DNA of 64,000 bases, taken from a virus. Taxonomy: Duplodnaviria; Caudoviricetes. The position numbers were made by a program, and so were the translations under genes. The first letter of the stretch is position 1, and each line of letters opens with the position of its first letter. The notes beneath the pieces are model-generated. The model did no database searches and was not told where the DNA came from. It saw nothing but the letters and a program-made list of their open reading frames with translations. Positions 37,601-46,088 of this stretch are shown one piece after another. Where the stretch lies: IMG/VR virus record IMGVR_UViG_3300030376_005300, positions 36,987 through 100,986 of that record; one strand, written 5' to 3'.

Positions 37601-40318
37601 CTGTCTTGATAAAATCGGGTCAACCAACCCTTGCGGACCCATGATTGTACGGTAACCAAAGTCCTGCATGGTAGGTATGTGGTGTCTTTGTCTATGTTCT
37701 TCTTTCAAACGCTCCAAAGTGCGCTCGTATTCCTTATCCAACATGTCGTGCTGTTCATCAGTGACGGCCTTACCTTTGTCCGAAGAATACCGTTGCTCAA
37801 GTGCTTCTATTTCTGCGTCCAAATCACCCATTGCTAACTCATCAGGATGTCGGCGGAGTGACATAAAGTCCTCTTCGTGGTTTCGCAAAGTTGGCTGAAT
37901 CCGACGGTCCTTGATGTGCAGAACATCCTGATGCGGATTCATCGGAGCATTGGCGGCACCGAGCATGGTACCGAGAAGTGCGTAACTGTGCGCTCCGTGC
38001 GACATCATTCTTTCGTCACTGAGCGAGCCGCCTACGGCAAAGAATGGCTGGGCTACGCTCAACACACCTCTGCCGAGCAACTTTTGGTGACTGGTATCAG
38101 CCGCTTCAGCATCACCTGTACGACGGCCTTGATGGTAGTCCGAAAGTACTCGGTTATTGTACGCAGAATCCACCGTCGCACCGTGCCGTGCGAACTGAGT
38201 GTTGTAGCCGCCCGTACCTGCGATACTGGACGACATGGAAATGTTGTGAGGATTGAGATTGGTGGCCGAATCTTCCATGTGGCCTCGCACATTTGTACGA
38301 ATGAGTTTTTTCCCTTGCCGCATCTCAAACATTTGATTCTCTTTCTGACCAAACGGTGCAATAAACGACATCATCCCGTAATCTGTAACTTCCCCCAGTG
38401 GACTGTACTCATGCCGACCCTCAATGCCTGCCTTGGTTCGTGAGAACAAAAGGCTGTGTTCTCTGACGCCCTCGGTTTCAGGCTCGTACTCTACCTGTGC
38501 TTGTTCTTCTTCGGGCAGATAACCTTCGGCAAATCCACTTAAAAAATTGTTTTCGTTTGACTGTTGTGCTATTTCTTTGTACGACAGCGTGTGATGGTGA
38601 ATTTTGTCAAACAATTCGTTCGGGTGTTTATGAAGGCCGCCCTTGCCCTTGAACGGCAGTTGCCAATAAGTAGAGAGCGTTTCATGACCCTGCTCAGGGT
38701 TCATGTAATCGTACGCTTCATTGTCCATGGCAAAACCGTAGTGCATCGGAGCATGGTTTCTCGCCATTCTACCAACGCTGACTACATGCTTCGCATCAAT
38801 GGTCCTTTTTTCAAAAATCTTGTCAATCTCTTCTTGTGTGAACTCCCCACCGTCCCACAACTCGCCGTAGGTGGGATGCTCACCGGCAGGGTACAGTTGG
38901 TGATTTTCATCTACGCCGAGAAGCATTCGCATGGTTTGGTAGCCGGGGTAGTATTCCTCCTTTCTACCCGATTTGTCCGTGCCTTGAAGTTTCTTGTAGC
39001 CCACAACTTGCAGACTTTCTCTTCCGAACTCGTCTTTGACTTTCTGCATAACAGGTACTTCTGCGTTGCTCATGGGCTCGTAAGGGCCGAGCCCTTCAAC
39101 GATGTATCGGTCCGCCTCCATCTTGTTGTGATGAGCGACGGCACGGTCGTACGCATTCGGTTTACCCGGCGTTTGTGTTTCTCTCATCGCTTCATAGTTT
39201 TGAGACGGGTTGACTTCACTGGCCGAACTCGGCAGTGCTTTGGGACGAATCATCAGACCTTCACCGGGCCGTCCGGGGTCTCTTATCCAATGGTTGTAGA
39301 GTCCCGAAAATCGCTGATGAAAGTTTCTGATGAACCGTGGCATCCAGTTGGGGTTACCGTTGTGTGTGTTGGTGCGGAAGGGTTCATCGGGATTTGCCCC
39401 GTTCTTTTTCATATGGTCGTAAGCGGCGTTGCGTTGTTCGGGCGTGAGCCATTCCATACCGAAGAAGTAATCCATGAAACCAAGGTTATCCTTCCACTCC
39501 GCCTTTTTCTCGTTGATGTGACGCTTCCTCAACTCGTGCGCTACTTGGTCTTCATCCATACCTTGTTCTTCTAACGAAGCAGTCAATCTGTCTATGGACT
39601 GCTGATTGCGCTTCGTCCACTCACGATAATCATGTTCGTAAAATGCGTGATTAGTACCGTGTTCAGTATCAAGTTGGCCGTAATGAAACTTGTTGTGCAA
39701 AAAGCCGTGGTCTTCGTTATCCCTCACCCACTGCTCCCATCTACCTTCCCTATGATGGGCTTTCTGACTTTCTGACTCTGCATACGGGTCGTCAGGATGT
39801 GCATAATAATCACCGACTATGTTGTGATACTCCCCGTGAAGTGGGTTCATGTCGGAGCCAAGGTAGTTGTGCGTGCGGTACGGGTCGTTTTTGTCACCGT
39901 CTACCATCTGCCACGGTCGTCCAGCGAGTCCTTGTCCGGGGTCGGGCGGAACAATACGACTCTTGTCGTAACTGGGATTGTCGGCGAGGTTCATTCCTGC
40001 ACCGTGCCCCATGTAATACGACATCTGACTTTGTTGCATACCACCGGAGGACTCCATACCCTCACCCTCAGTGTTAAGGTCGTATGAAGACGAAGGACCA
40101 GTCACCTGTTGCTCGTCCGCCTTTTTGATGACGGAGTTGAACATTTTCAACAGGGCTTCGTCTTCGTTACTGAGGATGTAGCCTCTGCGTTCTGCACTGA
40201 TAGCAGAGAAGTAGAAGTCAGCACCAGCGTCAAACTTACCAATGCCGTCAATCAACGACTTGTAGAAGACTTGACGGTTCCTATCAAGGGTGTCCAGTGG
40301 GCCTTCTCGCATTCGCAT
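34625..40318 (-). CDS. Large (~1900 aa) head-module protein with a C-terminal degenerate ATP-dependent DNA ligase-like domain
   Basis: Ligase-like motif order (WIVSHMPEGER, YYIFDVI, PLNDRI, ESLLLRD..SVY..G...KWVMLKP, OB-like region); motif-I Lys absent; start uncertain (40312-40357). Confidence 0.65.
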   Translation of the reverse strand: MRMREGPLDTLDRNRQVFYKSLIDGIGKFDAGADFYFSAISAERRGYILSNEDEALLKMFNSVIKKADEQQVTGPSSSYDLNTEGEGMESSGGMQQSQMSYYMGHGAGMNLADNPSYDKSRIVPPDPGQGLAGRPWQMVDGDKNDPYRTHNYLGSDMNPLHGEYHNIVGDYYAHPDDPYAESESQKAHHREGRWEQWVRDNEDHGFLHNKFHYGQLDTEHGTNHAFYEHDYREWTKRNQQSIDRLTASLEEQGMDEDQVAHELRKRHINEKKAEWKDNLGFMDYFFGMEWLTPEQRNAAYDHMKKNGANPDEPFRTNTHNGNPNWMPRFIRNFHQRFSGLYNHWIRDPGRPGEGLMIRPKALPSSASEVNPSQNYEAMRETQTPGKPNAYDRAVAHHNKMEADRYIVEGLGPYEPMSNAEVPVMQKVKDEFGRESLQVVGYKKLQGTDKSGRKEEYYPGYQTMRMLLGVDENHQLYPAGEHPTYGELWDGGEFTQEEIDKIFEKRTIDAKHVVSVGRMARNHAPMHYGFAMDNEAYDYMNPEQGHETLSTYWQLPFKGKGGLHKHPNELFDKIHHHTLSYKEIAQQSNENNFLSGFAEGYLPEEEQAQVEYEPETEGVREHSLLFSRTKAGIEGRHEYSPLGEVTDYGMMSFIAPFGQKENQMFEMRQGKKLIRTNVRGHMEDSATNLNPHNISMSSSIAGTGGYNTQFARHGATVDSAYNNRVLSDYHQGRRTGDAEAADTSHQKLLGRGVLSVAQPFFAVGGSLSDERMMSHGAHSYALLGTMLGAANAPMNPHQDVLHIKDRRIQPTLRNHEEDFMSLRRHPDELAMGDLDAEIEALEQRYSSDKGKAVTDEQHDMLDKEYERTLERLKEEHRQRHHIPTMQDFGYRTIMGPQGLVDPILSRQPPSPATEEYENAIAEMSLLQESMEVHREIKDEAGMEDIRRRMVENNQRLDDLEARLEAASEKRGQRFSVDGHDGILQDKLVADTNAMTSAGVHLKNLLQSDPELFNHIFNPNLDHETVEANMRMFAMMANDYLNTVPHDQHGIRTRGHNRVTKEGLSGQLDIGSQVKQAFQGHETMMSAETLGDNEALMQQLGLDPNNEYHNATFLDYIQNTFLPNYQQDPSYSAPIMTMRQFLQQLHPDLDIEKEHESLKKDPRSRNMDFLRLVNGIYNTVGHRAEERNSQLGLHHHLAFNSDPRRQRKESKQGEIVHETKPSTPKNVKFGGKKTLRYQNDYWNVMQKLDSILTNDPSVPMPESVTETSDEMTDVPVDQFGPNAHSVHSVYNSTGLRHEFGDEFRPNFKYRISRNGNVSITPVPEGHAQRLIQPLGKFWDRVAPSEWMEMLRHPDHQVHRDGLNRLDRMGAQFKPDERGLTRHGDKHSTTKAEIGLADLTNPDIIRKDLGKKVPILQPMHRIFELDDLEDLRGFTGDWIVSHMPEGERGFVKKEDDEVSSKSFSLSDEDKENFKKVTDEDFHADVIKTEEGYYIFDVIEFAEKAVHDVPLNDRIKIVRGGLEGVENIHVPSASDTRLTDDEGLKVTVKSLMETHESLLLRDAKSVYMVGELRHPKWVMLKPGSDVVLRVLERRGSDPYTYRLGTGPITKDEEIGDRAVESEGEMYMDVGVAFNSPEKFNEGDHVRVNVANVGKVETTGGDDVYTLTGSKIIGEAEGEGLVSRETLGMLAKSESDQWLCEISRAKSGVRITMPQGDVLYKCTQRGNMWTVHSPLANNDYLIRLAESQRPYWSPVAGALLKAGLEIAEKEEIHESEGEAEPLIEPHKEEDTNWWEEKQKKKVLVKGLMLIDKFLKSGAGAVGQSSTGTMGLGIDYATPIESPSGPTNLNDEKTMPDYDNRKRPGEDFTIEPKEDDEESEKRMTVPMEEGVLEVSSDKAVFRT

Positions 40319-40328
40319 CACCAGCCGT

Positions 40329-40730
40329 TCAAAGAATACGGCTGGAGATTCGGTCAACGGACTTCTTTAAATCACTCATTTTTGGCCCGTCGCCGCCTGT
40401 GAAGTTTTCAAGAGCGCCTGTCGTACTGAAAGCCGTCGGGTAGTAAGGGGAGGTCCGCGTCAATACATCGCTGTTTTCGGAAATGGCACCTTTGTTAGCG
40501 ACATCCTCAACCTTAGGGACGGTGTTGTTGGTGTTGTAGAAAGCATTGGGAATACCAGCAGGTTGAATTTCAAAGCGAGCATGGCCCACATCAGAGCCTT
40601 CTTCTTGACCGGAGTAGTCAGGCATGCTACCTTCTTTCTTAGCAATGCGGGCTTCAAGAGCCTTGGCGGCTTTGAGAAGTTCGTATGCTTTGTCGTTCGC
40701 TTGTACAAATCTCGGTTTCATCGTATTCAC
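40329..40730 (-). CDS. Hypothetical head-module protein, 133 aa (AYELLKA motif)
   Basis: GTGA-coupled to the upstream gene; variant of the AWxLLK leader near the N-terminus. Confidence 0.65.
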   Translation of the reverse strand: MNTMKPRFVQANDKAYELLKAAKALEARIAKKEGSMPDYSGQEEGSDVGHARFEIQPAGIPNAFYNTNNTVPKVEDVANKGAISENSDVLTRTSPYYPTAFSTTGALENFTGGDGPKMSDLKKSVDRISSRIL

Positions 40731-41101
40731 TCCATACCCATTTGGTTGCCTAAAGAACCTGCATCCTTGGATTGTTCAGCCAAGGCGTGAATCTCTGACC
40801 ACTCCATGTTGTGGAAGTCAGCGTTGGTCTGTGGCATATTCAAATCACTACCGTCCTGTGCTTTGAGAACCATAGCGTCAGAAATTTCACCTCTAAAGCC
40901 ATCAACAAGAACATCTTCCGGTCGCTGAGTACGGGCCTGCACAAAACCTGCTTTCCTCAACATCAACGAAGGGTCACTCATTATTTTTTTGAGTTGGCGA
41001 TTTTCGGCTTTCAAATCACGAAGGCCTGCATCCATAGATTCCATTTTTGTAATCAACGCACTCATCAGGCGCTCTGCAACATTTTCTCTCTCTTCTGCCA
41101 C
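40727..41101 (-). CDS. Coiled-coil scaffold-like protein, 124 aa
   Basis: N-terminal coiled coil; C-terminal NMEWSEIHALA matches the protease C-terminus NMDWSDVHRLA; SD GAGGTGA. Confidence 0.65.
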   Translation of the reverse strand: MAEERENVAERLMSALITKMESMDAGLRDLKAENRQLKKIMSDPSLMLRKAGFVQARTQRPEDVLVDGFRGEISDAMVLKAQDGSDLNMPQTNADFHNMEWSEIHALAEQSKDAGSLGNQMGME

Positions 41102-41110
41102 AGTCTCACC

Positions 41111-41464
41111 TCACAGAGTTCGGTTGTTCAATCTGCGGTTAAGAGTTCCGAATCGGTTGGTTCGGATAGTACCGGGGAGAATGTTGGAAGTAGTAGTGTG
41201 CACAGACTGTACTTCGTTTATCTTTTGTACAGGGACACCACCTGCGTAGATGTCGTTGATACCAGCACTTGATGTCATCTCACTCTTCATGACTGTGGTT
41301 TCAATGTCCTTGTTGATGTAATCGGCGTACTTCATTATTTCGTGAATGTGCGTTCTCGCAGTGATGCCGTCTTGCTTTGATAGAGCGTCATAGAACGCAT
41401 CTACATGAGAGCGCATTTTTCGTGCCATAGGGTCAAGTTTCACCAAGTCCATACCCATGTCCAA
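41111..41464 (-). CDS. Hypothetical head-module protein, ~115 aa
   Basis: ORF directly downstream of the portal; CTTAAAG TATA-like element upstream. Confidence 0.6.
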   Translation of the reverse strand: MDMGMDLVKLDPMARKMRSHVDAFYDALSKQDGITARTHIHEIMKYADYINKDIETTVMKSEMTSSAGINDIYAGGVPVQKINEVQSVHTTTSNILPGTIRTNRFGTLNRRLNNRTL

Positions 41465-41487
41465 TACACCACTTGACTTTAAGTTTC

Positions 41488-43266
41488 CTAAGCCCCTCTC
41501 GGGTTCCTTGCATTAAGAATACCTTGACTGGCTTGCTCTACGCCGCCGGGTGTGGAGCCCCTCTGCTGAACACTGGACATAGGACTACCGGACCCCATGC
41601 TGGTTCTGTTCTGCGGACTCGCAGGCCCTCGGTTTCTCAACCCCATACCTTCGCCGCCGGGGTTAGGCATACCGGCCTGCGCCTGTTGGGCCATACGAGC
41701 GGCCAACTGTGGAGGAATGTTGCGACTTGGTAGTGCTCCGGGCGTTCCCATACCGCCACCCATTCGCATACCGCCCATAGGTACGCCACCGGGAGGCATA
41801 CCGCCGGGAGGCATACCGCCGGGTGGTGCACCCTGTTGTGGTTGCTCAGCAGGGTCAGGTTGCTTGTAGATGAAACGAATGTCCCGATTAGCGTCTTCTT
41901 TGAGTTCAGGCTTATAGCCCAGCATCATCATGCGCTGAGCGATGTTGACTTCCATCTCATCTCTGCGTAGACGAGTGACTTCATCCTCTTCTTCATTTGG
42001 ATAAAGCGTGAGTTTCCAATCAGTAACATCCATTTGGGAAACCATTCTTGGGAATAAATGGTCAATGTATACTTTGTGACCAAACTCTACAGCACGGTTG
42101 GTTACAAGAATCTGCATACCTTCGTTGTTCAATCCGCCGGATTTACCAGTGTCCATCATGAACACATTGGAAACGCCGTAGAACGCCGCAATGCGCTGTC
42201 GCATTTCGTCACGGGCGGGTATGTACTGCATTTCTTCAAGGCTGTCCATGAGTTTAACCCAGTTGACACCACCTTTGCCGCTACCTTCTGTTGCAATTTT
42301 AGGAATGTAATGCGGGTCTCTCTCCAACTTTTCATCAGTGGCTTTCCAAAATGCTTTCATTGATTCAAGATTGTCGGTGTTGATACTGAGTATACCTCGC
42401 GGAATCCTACGCTTTGAATAGGCAGTGTACATGTAGTTGTCCATAGCCGTCAAAGTCATGGCCTGTCGCCACAGCGTGGACACAGGCGACCTTCCGTACA
42501 ACTTGGAAGGCTGATACTTACTTACATGGATGACTTCACCCTTGAGATAATACTGAGTTTTGCCGCTACCAGCAGTGTTGACATGGTGTACATCTTCCAT
42601 TTCAGTACCGCAAGTAGGACAGGATTTGTTGTCATCTGAATACGACTTTACTTCGTTTCGGTGAATTGGACAAACACGGAAACGCCCTCCTCTTACACCA
42701 CGCTTGTCGGCAATAATACGCATGAAAATGGGGTCGCCACGCACGATTTCTTTAATGCGATAGAACGCCATTTCATTGGTTTCAGGGTCAATGAAATACT
42801 CTTTGATGAGGATTAAAAAGGCATCATCAGTGATGTTAAGGTCGTACTCAATTTCTCTCATGACATCCATAAAAGTCTGTTCCATAGAGTTGCGCTGTTC
42901 AAGAAGCCACCTTGGATACATCAACTGATTAGGGTCAGGCTCAATCAAATCCATGCTTCCGCATTCTTTGCATTCTTCTACATCGTGCTGATATTCCTTG
43001 TCACAAGCAGTACACTTCTTGTGAAACTTTTTGTCCCAATAGTAGCCTCGGCGAAAAATTTCTTGTTGAAGTGTGCTGAGAACCGTTCTCAAAATGAGGT
43101 TCTCAGTAGCAACTGCGTACAGAGCAGGAATGGTGATACCTTGTGCAAGAACAGGTTCTTGGATGCCCGTTGTCCACAAAGGCATCTGCGGCTCAGGAGT
43201 GCTTCTCCTACGGAACGGATTACCGATAGATTCCAACAGTCTGCCAACTCTTCCTTTCTCTGCCAT
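41488..43266 (-). CDS. Portal protein, 592 aa, with zinc-ribbon insertions and a G/P/M-rich tail
   Basis: Portal motifs (DLNITDDAF, EVIHV...LYGRSPV, IPRGIL, RIAAFYGV); TAATG coupling with the upstream gene. Confidence 0.85.
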   Translation of the reverse strand: MAEKGRVGRLLESIGNPFRRRSTPEPQMPLWTTGIQEPVLAQGITIPALYAVATENLILRTVLSTLQQEIFRRGYYWDKKFHKKCTACDKEYQHDVEECKECGSMDLIEPDPNQLMYPRWLLEQRNSMEQTFMDVMREIEYDLNITDDAFLILIKEYFIDPETNEMAFYRIKEIVRGDPIFMRIIADKRGVRGGRFRVCPIHRNEVKSYSDDNKSCPTCGTEMEDVHHVNTAGSGKTQYYLKGEVIHVSKYQPSKLYGRSPVSTLWRQAMTLTAMDNYMYTAYSKRRIPRGILSINTDNLESMKAFWKATDEKLERDPHYIPKIATEGSGKGGVNWVKLMDSLEEMQYIPARDEMRQRIAAFYGVSNVFMMDTGKSGGLNNEGMQILVTNRAVEFGHKVYIDHLFPRMVSQMDVTDWKLTLYPNEEEDEVTRLRRDEMEVNIAQRMMMLGYKPELKEDANRDIRFIYKQPDPAEQPQQGAPPGGMPPGGMPPGGVPMGGMRMGGGMGTPGALPSRNIPPQLAARMAQQAQAGMPNPGGEGMGLRNRGPASPQNRTSMGSGSPMSSVQQRGSTPGGVEQASQGILNARNPRGA

Positions 43267-44573
43267 TACAATCCCTCCGCCCAACTCATGACAGTTTCAC
43301 GGTCTACTCCCCATTCTCGCAAAGAGTCCTTGCCTTTAACGGTTCCATCTCTGTTAGAGAACTGTACAAACCGCTTCAACTGTGTTTTTCGCACGGGGTC
43401 TTTCTCTCCGATGTACGCCAATACTGCCTTTGCCTGCATGTCTTTCATTCTAAGATGAGGAGTTAAGTTGTCAAGGAGTTTGTTTAAATCATCCTTGGCA
43501 TAAAAACTAACACGGTGCTGACTCCGTTGGTTGTCCGAGTACACTTTTTGGTCAAGTTGTAAAACGCCTGCACCAATATGCTTGTGCAACTCTTCACAGT
43601 GCATACGACCTCGGTCACCTGTGGCAATGAAGCCTGCTCTTGGCTCACCTCGTTCGGTGATGGTAATGTAACCGTCAGCGTCAAGGAAGCCAGCGGCATA
43701 AGCCCAAGCGTCTTTGAGAATTAAACCTGAACGGTCAACGCACATGTATTCTCCTTTGCGATGCGATTTGATGATGTTGATTTCTTCACCGTACATGTTC
43801 AACAACTTTGACAAGCGTGTGGAGTTAAGCCGTGGTACCCCTTTTTCTATAAGGTTCTGCGCTATCGTCCTTCCTTTCATCGCTCCTTTTTCTTTGAGTT
43901 CTTCTTTGGCAAGGTTCATCCACTTCTGTTGTTCTTTGGACAGATTATCAAACTGGTGAAGAGCGTTTCTCCAAACCTTTCTTGCGTCCTGCTTTTGTTT
44001 CATAGCACCAACCCAAGCGTTCTTTTCTTCTTCGCCCCACACATCATCAAACTCATCCAACTTAGCCAACGAGCCCTCGGCACTGTCCCAAATATGACAG
44101 GCTCTGAGTAGACTGGATTTTCTCGTGTTACCAAACAAACGCAAGGCTCGTAGGTCTTTGTTGCCCAATCCCATTTTTCGCATGGTGTCTTGATGACCGT
44201 CGGCCCAGTTCAACTTGGCCAGTGTCGCCTCTACTTCCAAACTTTTCAACGCTCGGACGCTGGCAATAATACTGTCAATTTCACCCTTGTCTTCTTTGAA
44301 AACACGACGCGCTTTTCGCAAATTGCGAATTACGGCATTAGCACTCTTGCCCAATTTATCTTCAAACCAACCTTCTCCGGTTGGACTGAAAGGAGCATAC
44401 TGCGGAACTGGTAAACTCTCTTCGCTAACCAACAAAGACTGCGATGCAATGGACTTGGCGATGGTTTCGTCTACCATTGGATGGCCAAGAAGATTACTGG
44501 CGATGGTGTTGAGAATCTCATGTCCCATGTCCACCGAATGAACGGCGTTTCCTACACTCAAACTGGGCCACAT
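43266..44573 (-). CDS. LAGLIDADG endonuclease-domain protein with a long N-terminal helical region
   Basis: WAYAAGFLDADGYITI motif and downstream LTPHLRMKDMQAKAVL pattern; between terL and portal. Confidence 0.75.
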   Translation of the reverse strand: MWPSLSVGNAVHSVDMGHEILNTIASNLLGHPMVDETIAKSIASQSLLVSEESLPVPQYAPFSPTGEGWFEDKLGKSANAVIRNLRKARRVFKEDKGEIDSIIASVRALKSLEVEATLAKLNWADGHQDTMRKMGLGNKDLRALRLFGNTRKSSLLRACHIWDSAEGSLAKLDEFDDVWGEEEKNAWVGAMKQKQDARKVWRNALHQFDNLSKEQQKWMNLAKEELKEKGAMKGRTIAQNLIEKGVPRLNSTRLSKLLNMYGEEINIIKSHRKGEYMCVDRSGLILKDAWAYAAGFLDADGYITITERGEPRAGFIATGDRGRMHCEELHKHIGAGVLQLDQKVYSDNQRSQHRVSFYAKDDLNKLLDNLTPHLRMKDMQAKAVLAYIGEKDPVRKTQLKRFVQFSNRDGTVKGKDSLREWGVDRETVMSWAEGL

Positions 44574-44603
44574 AGTATCGTCCAACTTTTGGTATCACAT
44601 AAA

Positions 44604-46088
44604 TCATGCTGTGTACCAAGTTGCTCCTGCGACATTTCGTTGAGGTACATCGCCAAACCAACTATCTACACCTTCAAGGTAGTCGTCCAGTAGAACAATC
44701 GTACCTCTGAACTCCTTTGTTGCCCAGTTTGCTAACGCTACGCTGACAGCCAAGTCGTCGTGACTGCCGACTGATTCCAATCTACCGTTCTTCTGCATGC
44801 CGAACCGACTAAGTTCGGTCTCAAGTGTCCTTGTGAACTCTTTGCTTCTCTCGTCGCCCCAAGGTGTCTTGATGTGCCCTTGCTCAAAAGCAAGAAGTAG
44901 ACTCATGAACATGGACTCTTTCTTGGCCCTTGTCGTCATAAAAATTTTGATAGGCATGTCTGCCGCCATCTCTCGCATCTCGGCTTCAAGCATACGCTGG
45001 AAGTTGTTGCCTTCCAATTCAATGAGGTCGGGTTGGAACTTGCTGTTGAGTGCAACCATCATACGCTTCTGTGCCATAGACGACAATCCCTTTTCGTGAA
45101 CACTGTGAATCAACTGCTTCACATCTTCACCGGGCAACATACGCATGACCGTCATGGCCGTGTAGTCAGCGTTTTTGTCCGAGGAGATAGCAGGGTCGTA
45201 GCCAATGAAGTGCTGTCCGAAAATACCCGTAGACTCTCCTTTGTCGTCATACTCGTACTCGGCTTTGTCCATGAGTCGGATACTGGGGTCACGAGCCTTT
45301 TCAAGCAGACTCATGGGGAACATACTGGACATGTCGTGAATAGGTTCACAGAGGTATTCACGAGCGAACTTGATAGCAGGCATGGATTCTTCACGCTGTT
45401 TAAGAGCCGCAAGGTCCCATCGCTGAGGCCAAAGTGCTTCTCCTTTGGTGTTGATAGCAGGGTAAGTCTCTACAGTGAAGGTGTCTTTGTCCTCCAGTTC
45501 GGCGTACAAATCGTTGTACGAAAACGGCGTACCGACCATCATCAGACGACCAGTGTGGTGAAGGACAGGAAGAAGAACGGTGTAAAACCAGTCAGCCGCT
45601 CGTTGCAGTTCACCGGAAGTGGTACCCCACAAGATGTCATCGCAAACAACGACATCAGGGTGGAAACCACGAGTAGCACCACCAACCGACTTAGCCATAA
45701 TACGACTGCCGTTGGTGAACTCAAAGTAAGATTTAGCCCAAGGCTTCCCTTGAGGCTTGAGTCCTGTGAGTATGTCAGCAGACTCAATGTTGTTTCGGAT
45801 GAAGCGCATGTGTTCCAAGGTCTGCTCAAGGCTGTGACTAAACACCATGACATGCGTGTTAGGATTAAACGCCGCCAGCCACAGAGCGTAAGACATGAAG
45901 AACACGGACTTACCGTGGTCACGAGATGCCTTGACGCAGTAGTATTTGTTCTCATTCAAACCCTTGAGCCACTGTTCGTGATGGTGTGACAGTTCAAAGT
46001 CAAGAATCTCAGTGAAGAAATAAGCGAACGACTTCTTTGACATTTGCGTGTCCATCTCATGAACGAGGTCATTGATGTCAGCCATCAA
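44604..46088 (-). CDS. terL: Terminase large subunit
   Basis: Walker A ASRDHGKS, Walker B VVVCDD, VGTP coupling motif, RNase H-like GYDPA...DYTA and HDDLAVS. Confidence 0.92.
   Translation of the reverse strand: MMADINDLVHEMDTQMSKKSFAYFFTEILDFELSHHHEQWLKGLNENKYYCVKASRDHGKSVFFMSYALWLAAFNPNTHVMVFSHSLEQTLEHMRFIRNNIESADILTGLKPQGKPWAKSYFEFTNGSRIMAKSVGGATRGFHPDVVVCDDILWGTTSGELQRAADWFYTVLLPVLHHTGRLMMVGTPFSYNDLYAELEDKDTFTVETYPAINTKGEALWPQRWDLAALKQREESMPAIKFAREYLCEPIHDMSSMFPMSLLEKARDPSIRLMDKAEYEYDDKGESTGIFGQHFIGYDPAISSDKNADYTAMTVMRMLPGEDVKQLIHSVHEKGLSSMAQKRMMVALNSKFQPDLIELEGNNFQRMLEAEMREMAADMPIKIFMTTRAKKESMFMSLLLAFEQGHIKTPWGDERSKEFTRTLETELSRFGMQKNGRLESVGSHDDLAVSVALANWATKEFRGTIVLLDDYLEGVDSWFGDVPQRNVAGATWYTA

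Noticed and set aside
38564-39574. 336-aa plus-strand ORF
   Set aside because: Antisense shadow inside the ~1900-aa gene
34625-40318. Functional replicative DNA ligase
   Set aside because: Catalytic motif-I Lys is missing and the gene lies in the head module; kept only as a degenerate fold
45033-45989. 318-aa plus-strand ORF
   Set aside because: Antisense shadow of terL
44604-46088. Intein in the terminase or an intron linked to the LAGLIDADG gene
   Set aside because: terL is of normal length with contiguous motifs and no C...HN splice junctions; the LAGLIDADG ORF is free-standing
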